Part shown: positions 13,501 to 26,945 of the stretch, piece by piece
Layout of the letters: the number at the start of each line of letters is the position of its first letter
Numbering within the stretch: position 1 is the stretch's first letter
Assembly: GCA_965285935.1 (NCBI GenBank)
Contig: OZ260667.1
Span: 10,850,001 to 10,914,000, forward strand
Source: Ophelia neglecta
Lineage: Eukaryota
Direction: 5' to 3'
Length of the DNA stretch: 64,000 nt
Made by a program: the position numbers and the translations under genes
The notes under the pieces: generated by a model
Database searches by the model: none
Told to the model about the DNA's origin: nothing
What the model saw: only the letters and a program-made list of their open reading frames with translations

Positions 13501-16500
13501 AAGGATTCATGGAGCTGCCGATAACTGGTACTTTATTTGAATGTTGCAGTTTTGGCAAATGCCGACGGGACGACACCTAATATGGAAAGATTCCGGGTGC
13601 GACGGGGTGGAACATACAGATTTCGAGTCATCAACCCTTCCCTCAATTACGCTTTCCTAATCAACTTTGGCGGGGTGAGCATGACTTCCTGCCTCCCTCT
13701 AGTGGAGGCAGGTGCAATTGCTATATTTCCTATTATTAGATATATCTGGCCTATAAGTATTAATGAATATATCAGGTCTATCATTATTAAATGCTATAAT
13801 TTTTCCAAATCCTTACCACTTCAATGAGATTCTTCTTATGTTTATAGTGAGTTTAACCTCCATAAGGCCAACCTGGCAAAACCTCCTTTAGGCCAATACT
13901 AGACCCTGTAAAACCTCCATAAGGCTACTACTAGACCATGTAAAACCTCCATCGGGCCACTATTTTACCATGTAAAACCTCCATTGGGCCTACACTTGAC
14001 AATGTAAAACCTCCATTGGGCAAATACTTGACCATGCATAACCTCCATTGGGCCAATACTCGTCCATGTAAAACGTCCACTAGGCTAATACTTGACCATG
14101 TAAAACCTCCACAAGGCCACTATTTTAAAATATAGAACCACCATTGGGCCCCTCTTTTACCCTGTAAAGCCTCCATTAAGCCAATACTTGACAACATTGA
14201 ACCTCCATTGGGCCAATACTTAACAACGTTGAACCTCCATTGGGCCAATACTTGACAACGTTGAACCTCCATTGGGCCATTACTTGACAAAGTTGAACCT
14301 CCATTGGGCCAATATTTAACCATGTAAAACCTCCATTGGGTCACAACTTGACCATGTGAAACCTCCATTGGGCCAATACTTGACCATGTAAAACCTCCAT
14401 TGGGCCAATACTTGACCATGCAAAAACCTCCACTGGGCTACCACATGACCATGTAAAACCTCTATTGGGCCAATGTAAAGCGTCCAATACTTGACCATGT
14501 AGAATCTCAATTGGGCCACAGCTTGCCCATATCAACCTGAGTTATGACCTGCCCATGTACGATATGTTGTCTCTCCAGCACCAGCTGCACGTGATATCTT
14601 TAGACGGTATGGACATCGAGGAGATCGAGGCTGACGCCGTCATTGCCTACCCGGCGGAGAGACTGGACTTCTACCTGGTGGCAGATCAGATCCCGGCCGC
14701 TTATGTCATCTCGGCTGTCACCTTAGAGCAGCCACCTTCGGTACGTATTAGTGATACGGGGGCCCAGGGGTACATACGTACCGGACCCGTTCTCAAGAAT
14801 GATACGTACTTACTGTACGGTGGCCCAGCGGGTACATATCGACAGGATCCGGTCCCTAGCGTTTTACGTGCTTACCGTATACTGTTACAGAGCTGGTACA
14901 CACTGATCTAGTCCGAAAATCTCTGACTATATTGGTATATGTAGAGCCAACATAGTCAGAGACCACTGGTTTAAAAAACACGTAGAAATTTGCCGGTCGA
15001 TCCTACCGGCATTTTGACTGGTGTTGTTTTCAGTTTTATGTTGCTTGTACTCGTATTCTGCCCCTGGCCTTTATTCTTTAATATATATGCTTCTGAACTT
15101 TACAATTTTCTAAGAACATCCGTCTTCATATAATTTGAACTTTCTATCAGCATTCTTGACTTCTAGTCTCTTATAGACGTATTGCACATAACCATTTGAT
15201 ATGCTACTTTCTGAGAAGCAACATTTTGTTTTTCAGCCTGGGGCGTTTAGTGAGGTTGTAGCGGCTCTGTGGTACGAGGAAGACACGGAATTCAACCTTA
15301 CCAGGGTGAACGAGGCATGTTTTGAGGAGCCGCCATGTGTTTTTGTAAACTGTCCTTTCGAGTAAGTATAATTATAGCAAATAAAAAAATATAGAATATG
15401 GTAAAGCCTAGTGCCAACTCTATATGGTCAATCATATCGTCATATTGGCATTTTCTTACAACGTGTTTTTCGTTTAAAAATCTCGCCATTGTTATGTAAA
15501 ATACGTGTATATAGTCTTCAGGCGGAGTCTTCGCCATATAAACCGCCTGTTTCTAATCTTATATGGCCAAGCCACACCGTAATTCGGCCAGAGAAGGCCG
15601 CTGCTTCTTACAAACGATTCCCTCGCCCTTCACCTAACATGACATAAAGTGCTTAAAAATGAACAGCAACATTATGAGTTTTTCTTAAACACTCGTATAA
15701 TGGAATGTCTTTCATATATTATTCCCTTCATAGACAGTATCCGTTTCTTGACCCTGTGGTTGAGTGTCGTAACATCGCCAATGTCAATGGCTCCGACCCG
15801 TACAAGCTTGGGCCGGAGTCAGCCAATACTGTGGAGGAACACTTTCTCAACTTTCATTTCTCAGGTAGGTCAATGATGAAATATATTTCTCTTTTAAATA
15901 TTTCTGTGTCGTCACGCATTGGTTCGAACAGTAGATTCGTAAACACGAAAGTATCGCTATAGAAATAGTTTAAGTTTGGCCATAGATTCCCTTCAATAGA
16001 TTCGTGCATAGCGCATCTCTTCGGTGCTATGTCGCATCTTAATACAATAAGTTTGTAAATGAATCCAATCATCCTTTTCTCCAAACAGAAGGCCGCTCCA
16101 GCATTAACGGTATACAGTTCACGCTGCCCGACAAACCGCCACAGGTGAGTACCGACACTCTATATAATATCTCATTTTTGTGAGCTGTTCTTATATTCAT
16201 ACTCAGGAATTGTCTGTCGGAGCAATCTAGGGTAGGAAATATCAGAGGATGCTACCCACGAGGCCGGAGGGTTATGTCAGGTTATTTCGCGCATTGTTTA
16301 ATGTCGCGCAAAAGTGGGATTATTTCGCGCGGGAAGTATATAAATCGGCCAGGAAGTAAGAGTATTCCGCGCAGAAAGTAGATAAATTGGCCAGGAAGTA
16401 AGATTATTCCGCGCAGAAAGAAGATAAATTGGCCAGGAAGTGGGATTATTCCGCGCAGAAAGTAGATAAATTGGCCAGGAAGTGGGATTATTCCGCGCAG

Positions 16501-19500
16501 AAAGTGGAAATCTTGCCCATGAAGTGCACTTTATCTGCGACAATCTAAGGACTAGATGCTCTGCGCATCGTTAAATTCCGCCCAACGTGTAGCCTAATTC
16601 CGCACAAAAATAACGCGAAATAAGGCTATTTGACTGCGCGGAATAATGAGTTGCGTGCAATAACCCTACTCGACATTAAATATTAACGTTGTTTGAAAGC
16701 TTTTGGTCCGCCGCGATATTATATTTCGCAAATAAGCTTATATACGGACATATAAATTGTCAAATTTTGGTAACTGCAGAATCTGGTATTTACCTTTAAT
16801 AACCCTCTACTGTTTTGATTCATTTGACAGCTCTTTGGAGAGGTGGATACCCCGTTTCGATGCGATCCTAGGGAGTGCTCTGAGAACCACTGCAAATGTA
16901 CTCACCAAATCGACCTCAAATTGAACAATCTGGTTCAAATGGTATTCGTCAATACTGGTAAGCCAGATCTTCAAGCAATGTCACCAATAAAACCAGCTTT
17001 TTTAAAGTCAATGTAGGCCTATGGCGATATTTACCTTTGTTCAGGCGACCAAAGATTATGTTTTTAGTCATTTCTGTGTCTGTGTATCTGTATGGGTGTC
17101 TATGGACAGATAACTCTGTAGGTCATTGCACAATTTTGAAAGTTTGCATATAAGCTAACTTCTCCACAGCAGAGGTGTCGCCACCTGTGCTCTACTATCA
17201 ATAAGTAGTAATGTAGTGGTTGGTATGCCAGCTTGTCACGCCAGGGTTTGGGTTCAAATTCCGATGGTGACAGAAACTTTCGGTAAAATTCAACAGCCTA
17301 TATATCAGTGATTCATAGGCCGATTGCAAAAAGAAAGAACTCTGATAATAGCGAGTCACATTAGTCATTTAATAAAGAAAGAGGGTGCATGCTTCATTTC
17401 TATGGCAAATTTTCTATTGCAAATCCATATGTGTTTTGATTTGTTTGCTAATGTGTGTACATATACATAATTGAGCTTTTAAGGTAGAAGCTGTTTAGAA
17501 TAATCCAATGTTTTATTTCAGGTAGAATGGTACACCCAATACATCTCCATGGTCACCATTTCTACGTCACCAAAGTCGGCTACCCGAATGTAGACCCCCT
17601 TACAAGGTATGTGATGCAAGTCTCAGGCCCAATAAATACGTGACAAAAGAAGAGTTTAATGTCAAGCAGCTAGCAAAGTAAACACAAAGCTGTTTAAAGA
17701 CCTTTATCTAAGGCAGGCCAGGATAAAGACTTTATTCTTTATTTGGAAGCAATTGGAATTTGTTGCATTATTATCATCATTTTAATTGAAAATGAAAGCG
17801 TTTAGATAATTATATAGTTTGAGGATTATTCCACAGGGTAAAAGTGTCCCTAAACTCCAACGTGACGTGCAACGGGCCTCGTTGTGAGTGGACCAATCCG
17901 GAGTGGTCTGGCGGAAACGTGCCAGGTATGAACTTGGAGAATCCTCCCCTGAAGGACACGGTCATAGTGCCAGTCGGCGGATATGTCGTCATCAGATTCA
18001 AGGCGGACAACCCAGGTTCGGACAAGTAGCACAAAATATGTTTAATTTGAAATCGAGCGATGGGAATAACATGTTTTATCGCGTAGTAAGCCAAAACGCA
18101 TTGGGTGAAATTACTAAGAAGTAAATGGAAAAATAACCCCACACATTATTGCCTACAGTGCATTACCAGTTTCTTTAGGTTTGTGTCCGTACAGGGTACA
18201 CTCCCATACTGAGAGTTCTTTCTAGTGGAAACTGACCCTTTAATTGTAATAAAATAGTAGGCCCATCAGTAGATCATTTGCTGACTTTGTTTTTTCTCTA
18301 GGCTGGTGGGCACTGCACTGCCACCTGGAGCTCCATCAGGCCGAGGGGATGATGTTAGTAATGAGAGAAGGGCTTCCTCGGGACCAGAACCCTCCTCCCC
18401 GTGACTTCCCGACCTGCGGCTCCTTCGACTGGAGTGAACAACAATTCTGGGAGAAGATCCATGGTTCCGGGGGTGAGTGTATTATAACATTAACTGGCGT
18501 ACTCTCAGCCAAATAAACACATTTACACGACTTATTCAATATTCGTCTTCAAACGGTACAAACTTCTGTACAGGTGTTCTTCAGGGACGCGTATGACTGT
18601 TATTAGTTGGTGGTATCATCTGGGAAAGAATGGGAAGATATTTAAATAATCGTTCTATATAAATGTGGATTAAGAATTTCTGTCAAACTTTTTTAAGGTC
18701 TGTTTTAAGGGGAAGGTAAAATTAATGGACTTGAGTTCTAAATAGCTTACGTTTAATGATGTTAGGCTGTTTTACTTATATCTAAGTACGATTGTTGTTT
18801 TAAAGTATTAATTATTACCTGACGTTAAATGCCAGTATCCCTTTATCAATCTAGTCCTCGTTGTAGATTACAGTATATTGTTATTTCTCAATCTTTGCTC
18901 AGGCGAGCAAAGATTATGTTTCTATTCATGTCTGAATGTGTGGATCTGTCTATCTGTGTGTCCGTGGGCAAGGTAACTAAAAAGTTCTGATCTGATTTTG
19001 AGAATTTACATGTTTTCCATCGCGGTATACTCAGGGCCTAGCGGTAAGATGCCAGAAGTCAAGGCTTCAAATCCCGTCAGCGGTAGAACTTTTATGTAAT
19101 AAATCTCAAACCTCGGGATGTTTATGGTCCGATAGCAAAGAGACGAAAAACAGATTATAGGCAATGACTTTACTCACTTAGTAAAATGAAGAGGGTGCTT
19201 GAGAAAGATTAACGTATCCGACTGTATACACACTTCATTTCTTTTGGTTTGTGTCACCATATGATATGACTGGATTATAAACTATTAAATACTAGGTTTA
19301 AAAAAAACTTTGAAAGAAAATTGAAATGTTTCTTTAATGTTTTGCCCAGGTTTGGGTGGGGGGTGGGTGGTTAGAGGGTTTTAAAGGAATTTTGAAGATG
19401 ATATTCTTAACATAGAAGAACCCAACATTTATATATTTACATTATCATAACGGGCTTAAAGCAACACCGTAGCAATTTCTACCAGATTTCTTGAAATGAT

Positions 19501-19817
19501 GAGACAAACTCTCATGTTGTCTATATGCCTGAACCGTAAAATGTACCATATTGATGATAGCAGTATGTTTCCCAGGTAATGACACTACTTCTCAAAGCCC
19601 AGATCTGAGTAGTACGGCTTCTGAGCTTACTAGCGGGAGTAGCTCGCCGGGAGGTGGCACCACTCCTGGGCAGGATGTCCACGCCATCTGGGAGGAGTAC
19701 AAGACACTAATCATTGTGGGCTCAGTCATCACGTTCTTGTTGTTGGTCATCATCGTAATTATGTGTATTTACTGTTGTAAACTTAGAAGTGCCCACCATG
19801 GTTATGAACGCATATAA
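7588..19817 (+). CDS. Multicopper oxidase (laccase-like) gene A, 15 exons, type I membrane protein, 891 aa
   Basis: join(7588..7849,8920..9020,11018..11163,11564..12193,12361..12494,13550..13674,14579..14740,15237..15361,15734..15864,16089..16144,16831..16957,17522..17606,17837..18015,18302..18472,19576..19817) = 2676 nt, all introns GT-AG, phases consistent. Signal peptide [17 protein letters not shown]; INGQFPGP; SIHWHG; GTFWYHSH; HPIHLHGH; [21 protein letters not shown]; TM helix [22 protein letters not shown]; tail [14 protein letters not shown]. Confidence 0.93.
8487..8647. mobile_element. Tc1/mariner MITE family 1 copy (gene A intron 1)
   Basis: TA|CAGTAGAACCTGCCTTAAAGAC...CACAGGTTTCACTT|TA; matches 612-789. 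Confidence 0.75.
9645..10123. mobile_element. TIR-bounded element carrying a 22-bp tandem array (gene A intron 2)
   Basis: About 15 copies of AGCCTTATTCCGCGCAGTAAGT (9678-10020). Left end ccagggtaac...gcgcatagtctaattccgcgcag is an imperfect inverted repeat of the right end ctgcggggagtttaactatgcgccaaattacccgg. Confidence 0.6.
10385..10715. repeat. Degenerate G-rich tandem repeat (ttttggaggtgggg...gtagtagggctagctatat)
   Basis: About 6 imperfect units of roughly 50 bp. Confidence 0.75.
12750..12987. mobile_element. PIF/Harbinger-like MITE with CWG TSD (gene A intron 5)
   Basis: CAG|GGCCCGGTTT...AAACCGGGCC|CAG. Confidence 0.65.
13240..13416. mobile_element. Tc1/mariner MITE related to family 2, inverted (gene A intron 5)
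   Basis: TA|CAGTAAAACT...AGTTTTACTG|TA; internal TGTCC repeats. Confidence 0.72.
13870..14525. repeat. 32-bp minisatellite TGTAAAACCTCCATTGGGCCAATACTTGACCA (gene A intron 6)
   Basis: About 20 units, period 32. Confidence 0.95.
16300..16510. repeat. 42-bp tandem repeat containing TTATTCCGCGCAG
   Basis: About 5 units, period 42; shares its core with the 22-bp array at 9678. Confidence 0.85.
17031..17390 (+). mobile_element. Helentron/HINE-like fragment followed by a tRNA-derived SINE-like segment (gene A intron 11)
   Basis: ttaccttt...gattatgttttt...(TGTC)-like microsatellite...gataact is a HINE-like layout; B-box-like GGTTCAAATTCC at 17251. Colinear second copy at 18890-19200. Confidence 0.5.
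18890..19200 (+). mobile_element. Second copy of the HINE-like + SINE-like composite (gene A intron 14)
   Basis: ctttgctcaggcgagcaaagattatgttt...; GGCTTCAAATCCC at 19063; ends aagagggtgc like 17379-17388. Confidence 0.5.
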
Positions 19818-21440
19818 CACATTGAACTACTAGACGACCGTGGCGCCACGACGGGGGTAGTACGGGAATTATCTAATACACTGTAATATAGTAACTTGGT
19901 GTCATTTCAACGCATGTGCACTTTGATATGTGAAAATGGCGTAATACCCGAAGACAATGAGGACGATGCCGTGGCTGAAATGTTTTGATGTAATGTGTCC
20001 TCTAAAAATAGCCACAAATAAATTGTCAATGCAAGTTAATGAAAAATATATTTTCGATTAACAAATGAAATATTAACGAACAATAAACTTTATAACGTAT
20101 AAATGATATATTCAAGGAACAGACCAGCGTTTGCAGTAGGCCAATACATTACCGGCCGATAGAGAATTTAACACTTTCCGTCGCTGAATAAACAGTAAAC
20201 TGTATAAATATTTAATACTCTATGAGCTGCGGACCAGGGCTAAAGGCACAAGCTGCTGGCACCAGCAAAAACTAGATTTTGAAGGAAGAAAAAATGCGCA
20301 ACATTTTTTGCATACATAAAAAGTTTTCAATGGACGCTGTATTCTCTTCTTATTAATGCTTATTAATAATAGTATTATTATTATTTTGTTGCCCCCGGTA
20401 AATATATATAACTCTTTATTATATATTAACCAAGTTAAGAGCCGTTAAACAAGAATTTTTGTAAATTTAACTTATTTTATTCCTGCAGAATTTGCTTGTT
20501 ATTTAAATAAATATATATACATATTTATTTCATATGCATGGTGAGTTTACTTCCAAATAAAGTCTGTTTTTGTTGTCCTTGTGTCATACAAAGAGTTTCT
20601 TCAGTCTAAATATTTCAATAGTACGAATGTTTTTAGTCTGTTCTTGCCCTTAATACGAATATAAAATTTATTGGTTCTTGTCTTTAAAACGAGTGTAGAA
20701 TTTTATGGGTACGAGTATTTTCCCAACACTTTCGTACCTCATTGACGCCGTACGAAGCAGAGAGCGGGGGGGGGGGGGGGGGTCGGTGTACATGCAAAGG
20801 GAATTCTGTTATAATTTGCATGTAGTTATAGATTTCACTGTTTAAAACAAAGCTTCCAAATGAAGTAGAAGATGAAAATTGATCAGACGTTGTTGATGAT
20901 ATACCGATAGGCATACCAATGAAATTTTAAGTGGGACCATAATATTTCGGCAAAATTAATGATATAGACAAATATTACTAAACTATTTAAAAATAATTTA
21001 ATTAAAAATCAATAAAAAATCTGAGTCTATTTGTTTCTAGCCAAATTCTTTAAGATGGGCTATGAAACTAAAGATAATCTTTAACATTAAAATCTGGACA
21101 AGGCACTTCTGCGCACCAGTTGAGAGCATTCCTAATCGATTTTCTATGCCGTTTGAGAGGCACAGAGTCGGAAGATGCTATCAGATTTTATTACCTCAGC
21201 ATTGTGATGAATTAACATTAAAAATGTCCAAATTAAGTAGAAGGCAGGCTGATAGGGAGAATTTATTAACAACAGCGTCTGCTTTACACAACCACTACTT
21301 CTCCTGTTCACCGTACAAGTCACAGTGTAGAGGAAGACTACCGTTATCGGTAACAAAGAACTGACCTGACCTGACCTTTATATACTAGTCATAATTAGTG
21401 GAGAGGGGGAGGCTGCTGTCCTCCGTCAGTGTCATCTGTC

Positions 21441-21701
21441 ATGTTTCACTGGCAAGTATAACTGACAATGGCGCTAGGTGTCGCTAACGCATTAAAGCAG
21501 GAAGTGCTGGCCCAATGCGGCCCGGATCAGACTGTCTGTGAATATGAATGAAAGGTGACCAAAGGAGAGACCACGATACAATTCGACCCCATGCCCGGAA
21601 AGGGGTCCCCGTTTACCGGGACACGTCGGCAGGAAATGACGTGTTTGTCGCCAGGGATGCCAATCACGCCGGCAACGAGACTTCCCGTCTCACTGACGAA
21701 G
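21441..21701 (+). pseudogene. Pseudogenised MCO exon 1
   Basis: ATG TTT CAC TGG aligns with exon 1 of A/B/C. In-frame TAA (21459) and TGA (21549, Trp->stop), 1-nt deletion near 21600 (261 vs 262 nt), conserved Cys lost; GT donor retained at 21702. Confidence 0.92.
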
Positions 21702-23777
21702 GTCAGTTTCCCTAACTAATGAAAGTTAGTCTTTAGAAAAATATTGTTGTTAAAGAAAGAAAGAACGTTTTTGTGTGTGATGACATCGGTGTTAATAAGC
21801 GCCTCCAAGGTGTTTTACACAGCTGTCATCGCTCGCAAAACATCCTTTCTTTACAACCAACAAGTTTGTTTAGACCGCCTGCACTAATGAGGCAAGATCG
21901 GCAGAGCAAATGTATTAATCGCTAGTACTCGTTTACAAGGAAAGTAATTATGGAATTGAGTTCAAGATTATTCTCTTTTTCAACGTGACATTAAGACAAA
22001 ATAATTAACTTTTTAATGCTTTCTTAACTTCAAAGTACACTGATCAATTGATCGAGCGAGCAGGCGATTATCAGAATAGGAAGATAGAATGTTAGTGATA
22101 AGTTTAGTAAGTTCAAACATAGAAGGCATGTCTAATCAAACTATATAGCAACTCCCACCACGCAGGGAAATGAGCCAGTTCTTTCTTTTGCAAAACGTCA
22201 ATAGTTCGAGGCAAAACCTTTGACATTATTAAATCACACAATGAAACCTGATATATATTTTAGTTTTTGGCCATTTCAAACCTCACTTTAGAGCCTGTGT
22301 ACTAACAATTTTTTTTGAGTACATTTCACGGAAGTTTAGAGCTGGTCCTAAATACAATTAACACAAATGCAAAAGGCTGATTTTTGGAAAAAGTAAATAT
22401 AAACAGCAGAGCTATATTTTTCGGCTTAAAGCTATTGTTCTCATGCCAAAAGTTTGTCTATTAAAAAAAGTTCAATATTTTCCCAAAAACTAACAACTGG
22501 AATTAACATCACAATAAATACAAATATCTAGACCCAAAATAAACATAATTTTTAATATGCCGTAAGCGGAATCTAAGAAAATACCTTTTCTATGAAAGAG
22601 CAGCCCAACCTAAACAAGGTGCCAAGTAGGTAAACGAGGTACTATAAAACCACTCATTTTTTCGACTATTACTGTTCATGTTTACTACATCTTGTCAGTT
22701 TCGCCAGACATGTATAAACCCAGAGATAGGAATCGAGGCACTCGGCCGCAAGGAGATAACCGCGTTATTCATATGCTAATGAGCTGCGAATCAGGTCGCA
22801 CATGCGCAGAAGTGTACGGGCAAGCCAATTTGTAAACAAACTACGAGAAAGCCCCAGCAATGTGGAATAGCCGCAAAAAAACGTGTTTATTGTATATTTC
22901 ATTCAAGGATAACGATTGAAAATTGAAAATTACTCATCTTTAATGCACCGGGAAACACTTTTGACAGGAGTCTTGTTGATTAATGCCGACAAGCCACGAT
23001 ATAAAGAGGTTTCATCGTTACAAATGTCCACTGGCAGCAACCTGGCAAGCACGTGGTGTTAATGTCAGACCGATACCGATACATTAAGGGTCAAAATGGG
23101 ACACTATGAGGAGCATTTTGGTCTATTTGTACAGTATTAATCAATACTAGCTGTTCAAAGTAGTCATAAAACACATATTCATTACACAAAATTAAATTTT
23201 GACCGAACATTTAACAGAAGAATTATAATTTTCCAAAAGCCCGCGTAATGCCTGGATCTGCGAGGCTATCGCTGAAGATATATTTGGGAAAATAACGTCA
23301 TCAACGCATGCCACTCAACTAATAATCCTACGTACCGATTCTCTGTACTAAAATATTTAAAATAATGCTACATTTACCGTCTCATGTGGTATAAAACGCC
23401 GACTAAGCCAATCTATTTCTGTTTGTGTTTGGTGACCGCTGTTCATTCGGCTTCTTCTTTGTGAACACAATGGCGGCCCTCGAAAAATTCGCGCACAAAA
23501 TCCCACGTACAGCGTGAGCTCGTGTACGGGTAACCTATTACCATTTGCGTTATATAAACTATATTAACTATGTAACTATGTACCTTAGGACTTGTGGATA
23601 GCCTTTGGTTATGGTTCGTGACGACAGCATGACAGATATTCCCTACTACAGTGACATCCTTACCTATGATTCTGTTGCGCTCCCATTGTGCTGCCTATAG
23701 ACAGTCTTATATAGAGAGCAGGGTCATCTGTGTCCTCAGGAGGTGGGCTAGCTAGGGATGGGTTGTCATCTGCGGAT

Positions 23778-24084
23778 CTAAATGTTATAAGAGTATTGAC
23801 ATCTAAACGTTATAAGAGTATTGACATCTAAACGTTATAAGAGTATTGACATCTAAATGTTATAAGAGTATTGACATCTAAATGTTATAAGAGTATTGAC
23901 ATCTAAACGTTATAAGAGTATTGACATCTAAACGTTATAAGTTATAAGAGTATTGACATCTAAATGTTATAAGAGTATTGACATCTAAATGTTATAAGAG
24001 TATTGACATCTAAATGTTATAAGAGTATTGACATCTTAATGTTATAAGAGTATTGACATCTAAATGTTATAAGAGTATTGACAT
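23778..24084. repeat. 25-bp minisatellite CTAAATGTTATAAGAGTATTGACAT
   Basis: About 12 nearly perfect units. Confidence 0.95.
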
Positions 24085-24253
24085 TTTACATACAGCCTGA
24101 TTTATCCTTCAAATAGATAAAAACAATTTAATAAACTTACCTCCAGCTGATCACCGATACATGGTAAACGGCAGCTGGTCCGAAACAAAGACCTAACATG
24201 GTGATGCTCTGTGGTTTCACTTGTGATTGCGACTAGTTACTGTTAAGTACAGT

Positions 24254-24405
24254 TAAATATTGACGTCCGACACCGCTATAGGCCTATAACCGTTAATATC
24301 GACGTCCGACACCGCTATATGACCGTAAATATCGACATCCGTCACCGCTATATGACCGTAAATATCGACATCCGTCACCGCTACATGACCGTAAATATCG
24401 ACGTT
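24254..24405. repeat. 33-bp tandem repeat TAAATATCGACATCCGTCACCGCTATATGACCG
   Basis: About 4.5 units. Confidence 0.9.
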
Positions 24406-24523
24406 CGATCCTCTTATAAATTGTTAAAAATCGGCTAACGGCGCTACAATTTAACGGTAAACATCGAAAAGTTCGGACCGGTGCTGATATAATACTGGTA
24501 AACATCGAAAAGACGTCAAATTA

Positions 24524-24908
24524 GGGAGCGTTCATTATTTATGACCGGGGGGGGTGGTAAATTTTTGAAATGAGTACGTCAAAAAAAAATTGCCCCCCCC
24601 CCTGGAAATAGGTAGGAAAAAAATTGCCCCCCCCCCCTCAGAAATAGGTGGAAAAAAATTGCCCCCCCCCCCCCCCATCAAAGACAGAATTTGGCTAGGT
24701 TTTATCAGTTTCACTACACACTTTTGTACAATATATATTTCTAAATATAATTGCGCACCCTGTGAATAGACTAAAAAAAAACTGTCCCCCCCATGGAAAT
24801 GGGTTGAAAAAAAACTGTCCCCCCCATGGAAATGGGTTGAAAAAAAAACTGTCCCCCCCCCAAATTTACCACCCCCCCCCCCCCCGGCCATAAATAATGA
24901 ACGCTCCC
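24524..24908. mobile_element. PIF/Harbinger-type MITE
   Basis: TIR GGGAGCGTTCATTATTTATG at both ends, TTA target-site duplication on both sides; internal poly-A/poly-C subrepeats. Related terminus at ~27551. Confidence 0.85.
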
Positions 24909-26885
24909 TTAGCTGTTAGAACATTTGCCTTTACTACGATATCAACAGGGAGGAGGGGAAAGGCTGGGACCTAACTGGGATCACGGGGAGAAGCTAAGCT
25001 GGCATATTAAAACTTATCTAACATAAAAGCATTTCCATGGCCTTAATTAACACACATTCAAGAAGCATCATGCGGTTTCTCATTGGCCGGCCACTAGCTG
25101 CCATGGTGCCTGTAACAGTAACATTGGCCTTAAATTGAGACTATGAAATGTTATAAGGAAAAAAGTAAGAATCAATATTTTGCTTGTTAATATTTAATTA
25201 ATTTCAGGTGGGCTAATTATTACAGCTGTCAAAGTACCTATCTATAAAGTGTCAGAGACAATTCATGCTCATAAATTAAAACTACTTAACTGACGTTCCA
25301 GGGTTTGGTCCTTAGCCTCCTGGCCATTGGAGAAGGGTACAATCCAGAGATTTTAGAAAGTCTTGTTATCACTTGCCAGATAACATGGAGGAATCACTTA
25401 TATTCCCATGGTGAATGTTACTCCAGAAAAGTCTGTTATCACTTGCTAGATAACATAGGTGTTGAAGAGATGTTTATCATGCACACCGGTTTTCCAAGTA
25501 CAGAGGCAGAAGCCAGTGGGGCCAGGGTAGGAGAGATCTCTGTAATCTCTCCAGAGAGTCTTTGTCTTGCTAGCGGATTTATTCTTTTCTTATTTGATTA
25601 TTTCATTCCTGAATATTTCTCGTGTAATAGCCCCCGTTTTCCTTTTGGTTTCATGGTTTCATCTGTCCCTTATTTGCCTGGTTCATGGCAACGACTTCTC
25701 TTCTTTTGCCGGGTTTAATGGCTAAATCTGCCACTTATTTGCCTGGTTCCACGGCTTCATCCTTTCCTTATTTGCCTGGTTTAATGGCTACATATGCCCC
25801 TTATTTGCATGGTTTCTAGGCAGAATATGCTCCAAGTTTCACTTACAACTTAGATTCAATTCTCTCCATTTCAATTTATTTTTCTGACATTGAAGTTCTC
25901 GAAATTTCATACATAACAATCATATATATCAAACAAAATCGAAGGAAGGAGAAGAAAGCTTCTATCTATGTTAATAACTTATGTTCTTACGAATCCTCCT
26001 GTTAATTGTACTCTGAAACATAGTATGGTTCAGTAGACAGGCGGGATGAGGAGGGGGGGGGGACATGCTGTAGCCACAGCAACCAAAATATGTATAAAAA
26101 TCATGATGCATCACGAGATATAAAGCCAAGTGCATTATAATCACTGTGATAACATCGTCATCCGGTAACACCAGATAGTCATACAATCAACCTACAGACT
26201 CCTGACTCACTTTTAAACCTTATAAAACGATGACATGTTGTGCCTTTGCATGGCAAATCTAATACGGTTCCTCGCAGCTTACAGGTTTTTAATATGGTTA
26301 CTTTTCAAATCAGCTGTTCTTTTATTTCATTTTGAAAAATATGCAAAATATCGGCAAAATGTGTTGTGTTATCCTTTTCCTTAGTTTATTTAAGTTTTTG
26401 AGCCATGCGGAGGCACGTGTTAGTAGGCTTAATTCTTAACAGATCTAAATACAATTATCTAAAACGAATGTCATCGTTTTTTTTTAGAAATAATAATCTG
26501 ATCTTAGGTTTCCCCCATCTAACATGACGACTACCTAGCCGCAGGGGCCCCAATGGCCTGCTAAAGGAAACCGTTACAATCCTACCGTCACAGACAGGGC
26601 CGCTTGCCACAATGAGGGAGATATTCAAACCGTTACAATCCGGCCGTCACAAACAGGGCCGCTTGATACAATGTGGTAGAATTTCCCTATTTGGTCACGT
26701 CAACATGGCGGCCTGCATTTGTTTGTTTGCAGCATTTCGATCTTGATGGTTCCGCCAGCTAACCACTGCAACGCCGAGCATGATTTCTTCAATTTTTTAA
26801 TGTTCTCAACTTTAAAGTAATACGGCTATCACAGTTTTAGAGTATAGCGGTGTCGGACACTGTAAGTCCGAAACAGTGAGTAATA

Positions 26886-26945
26886 ATGTGACACATGTAT
26901 TCTTCATGTGACACATGTATTCTTCATGTGACACATGTATTCTTC
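26886..26945. repeat. 20-bp x3 tandem repeat ATGTGACACATGTATTCTTC
   Basis: Perfect triplication. Confidence 0.9.

Noticed and set aside
14120-14535. Repetitive ORFs here and at 16298-16543, 38927-39261 (CxxC-like), 47213-47602 and 49885-50136
   Set aside because: Translations of tandem repeats.
21549-21551. TGA as selenocysteine or readthrough in the exon-1 copy (likewise TGA 59033)
   Set aside because: These replace Trp and Gly codons and are accompanied by other stops or frameshifts, which indicates decay.
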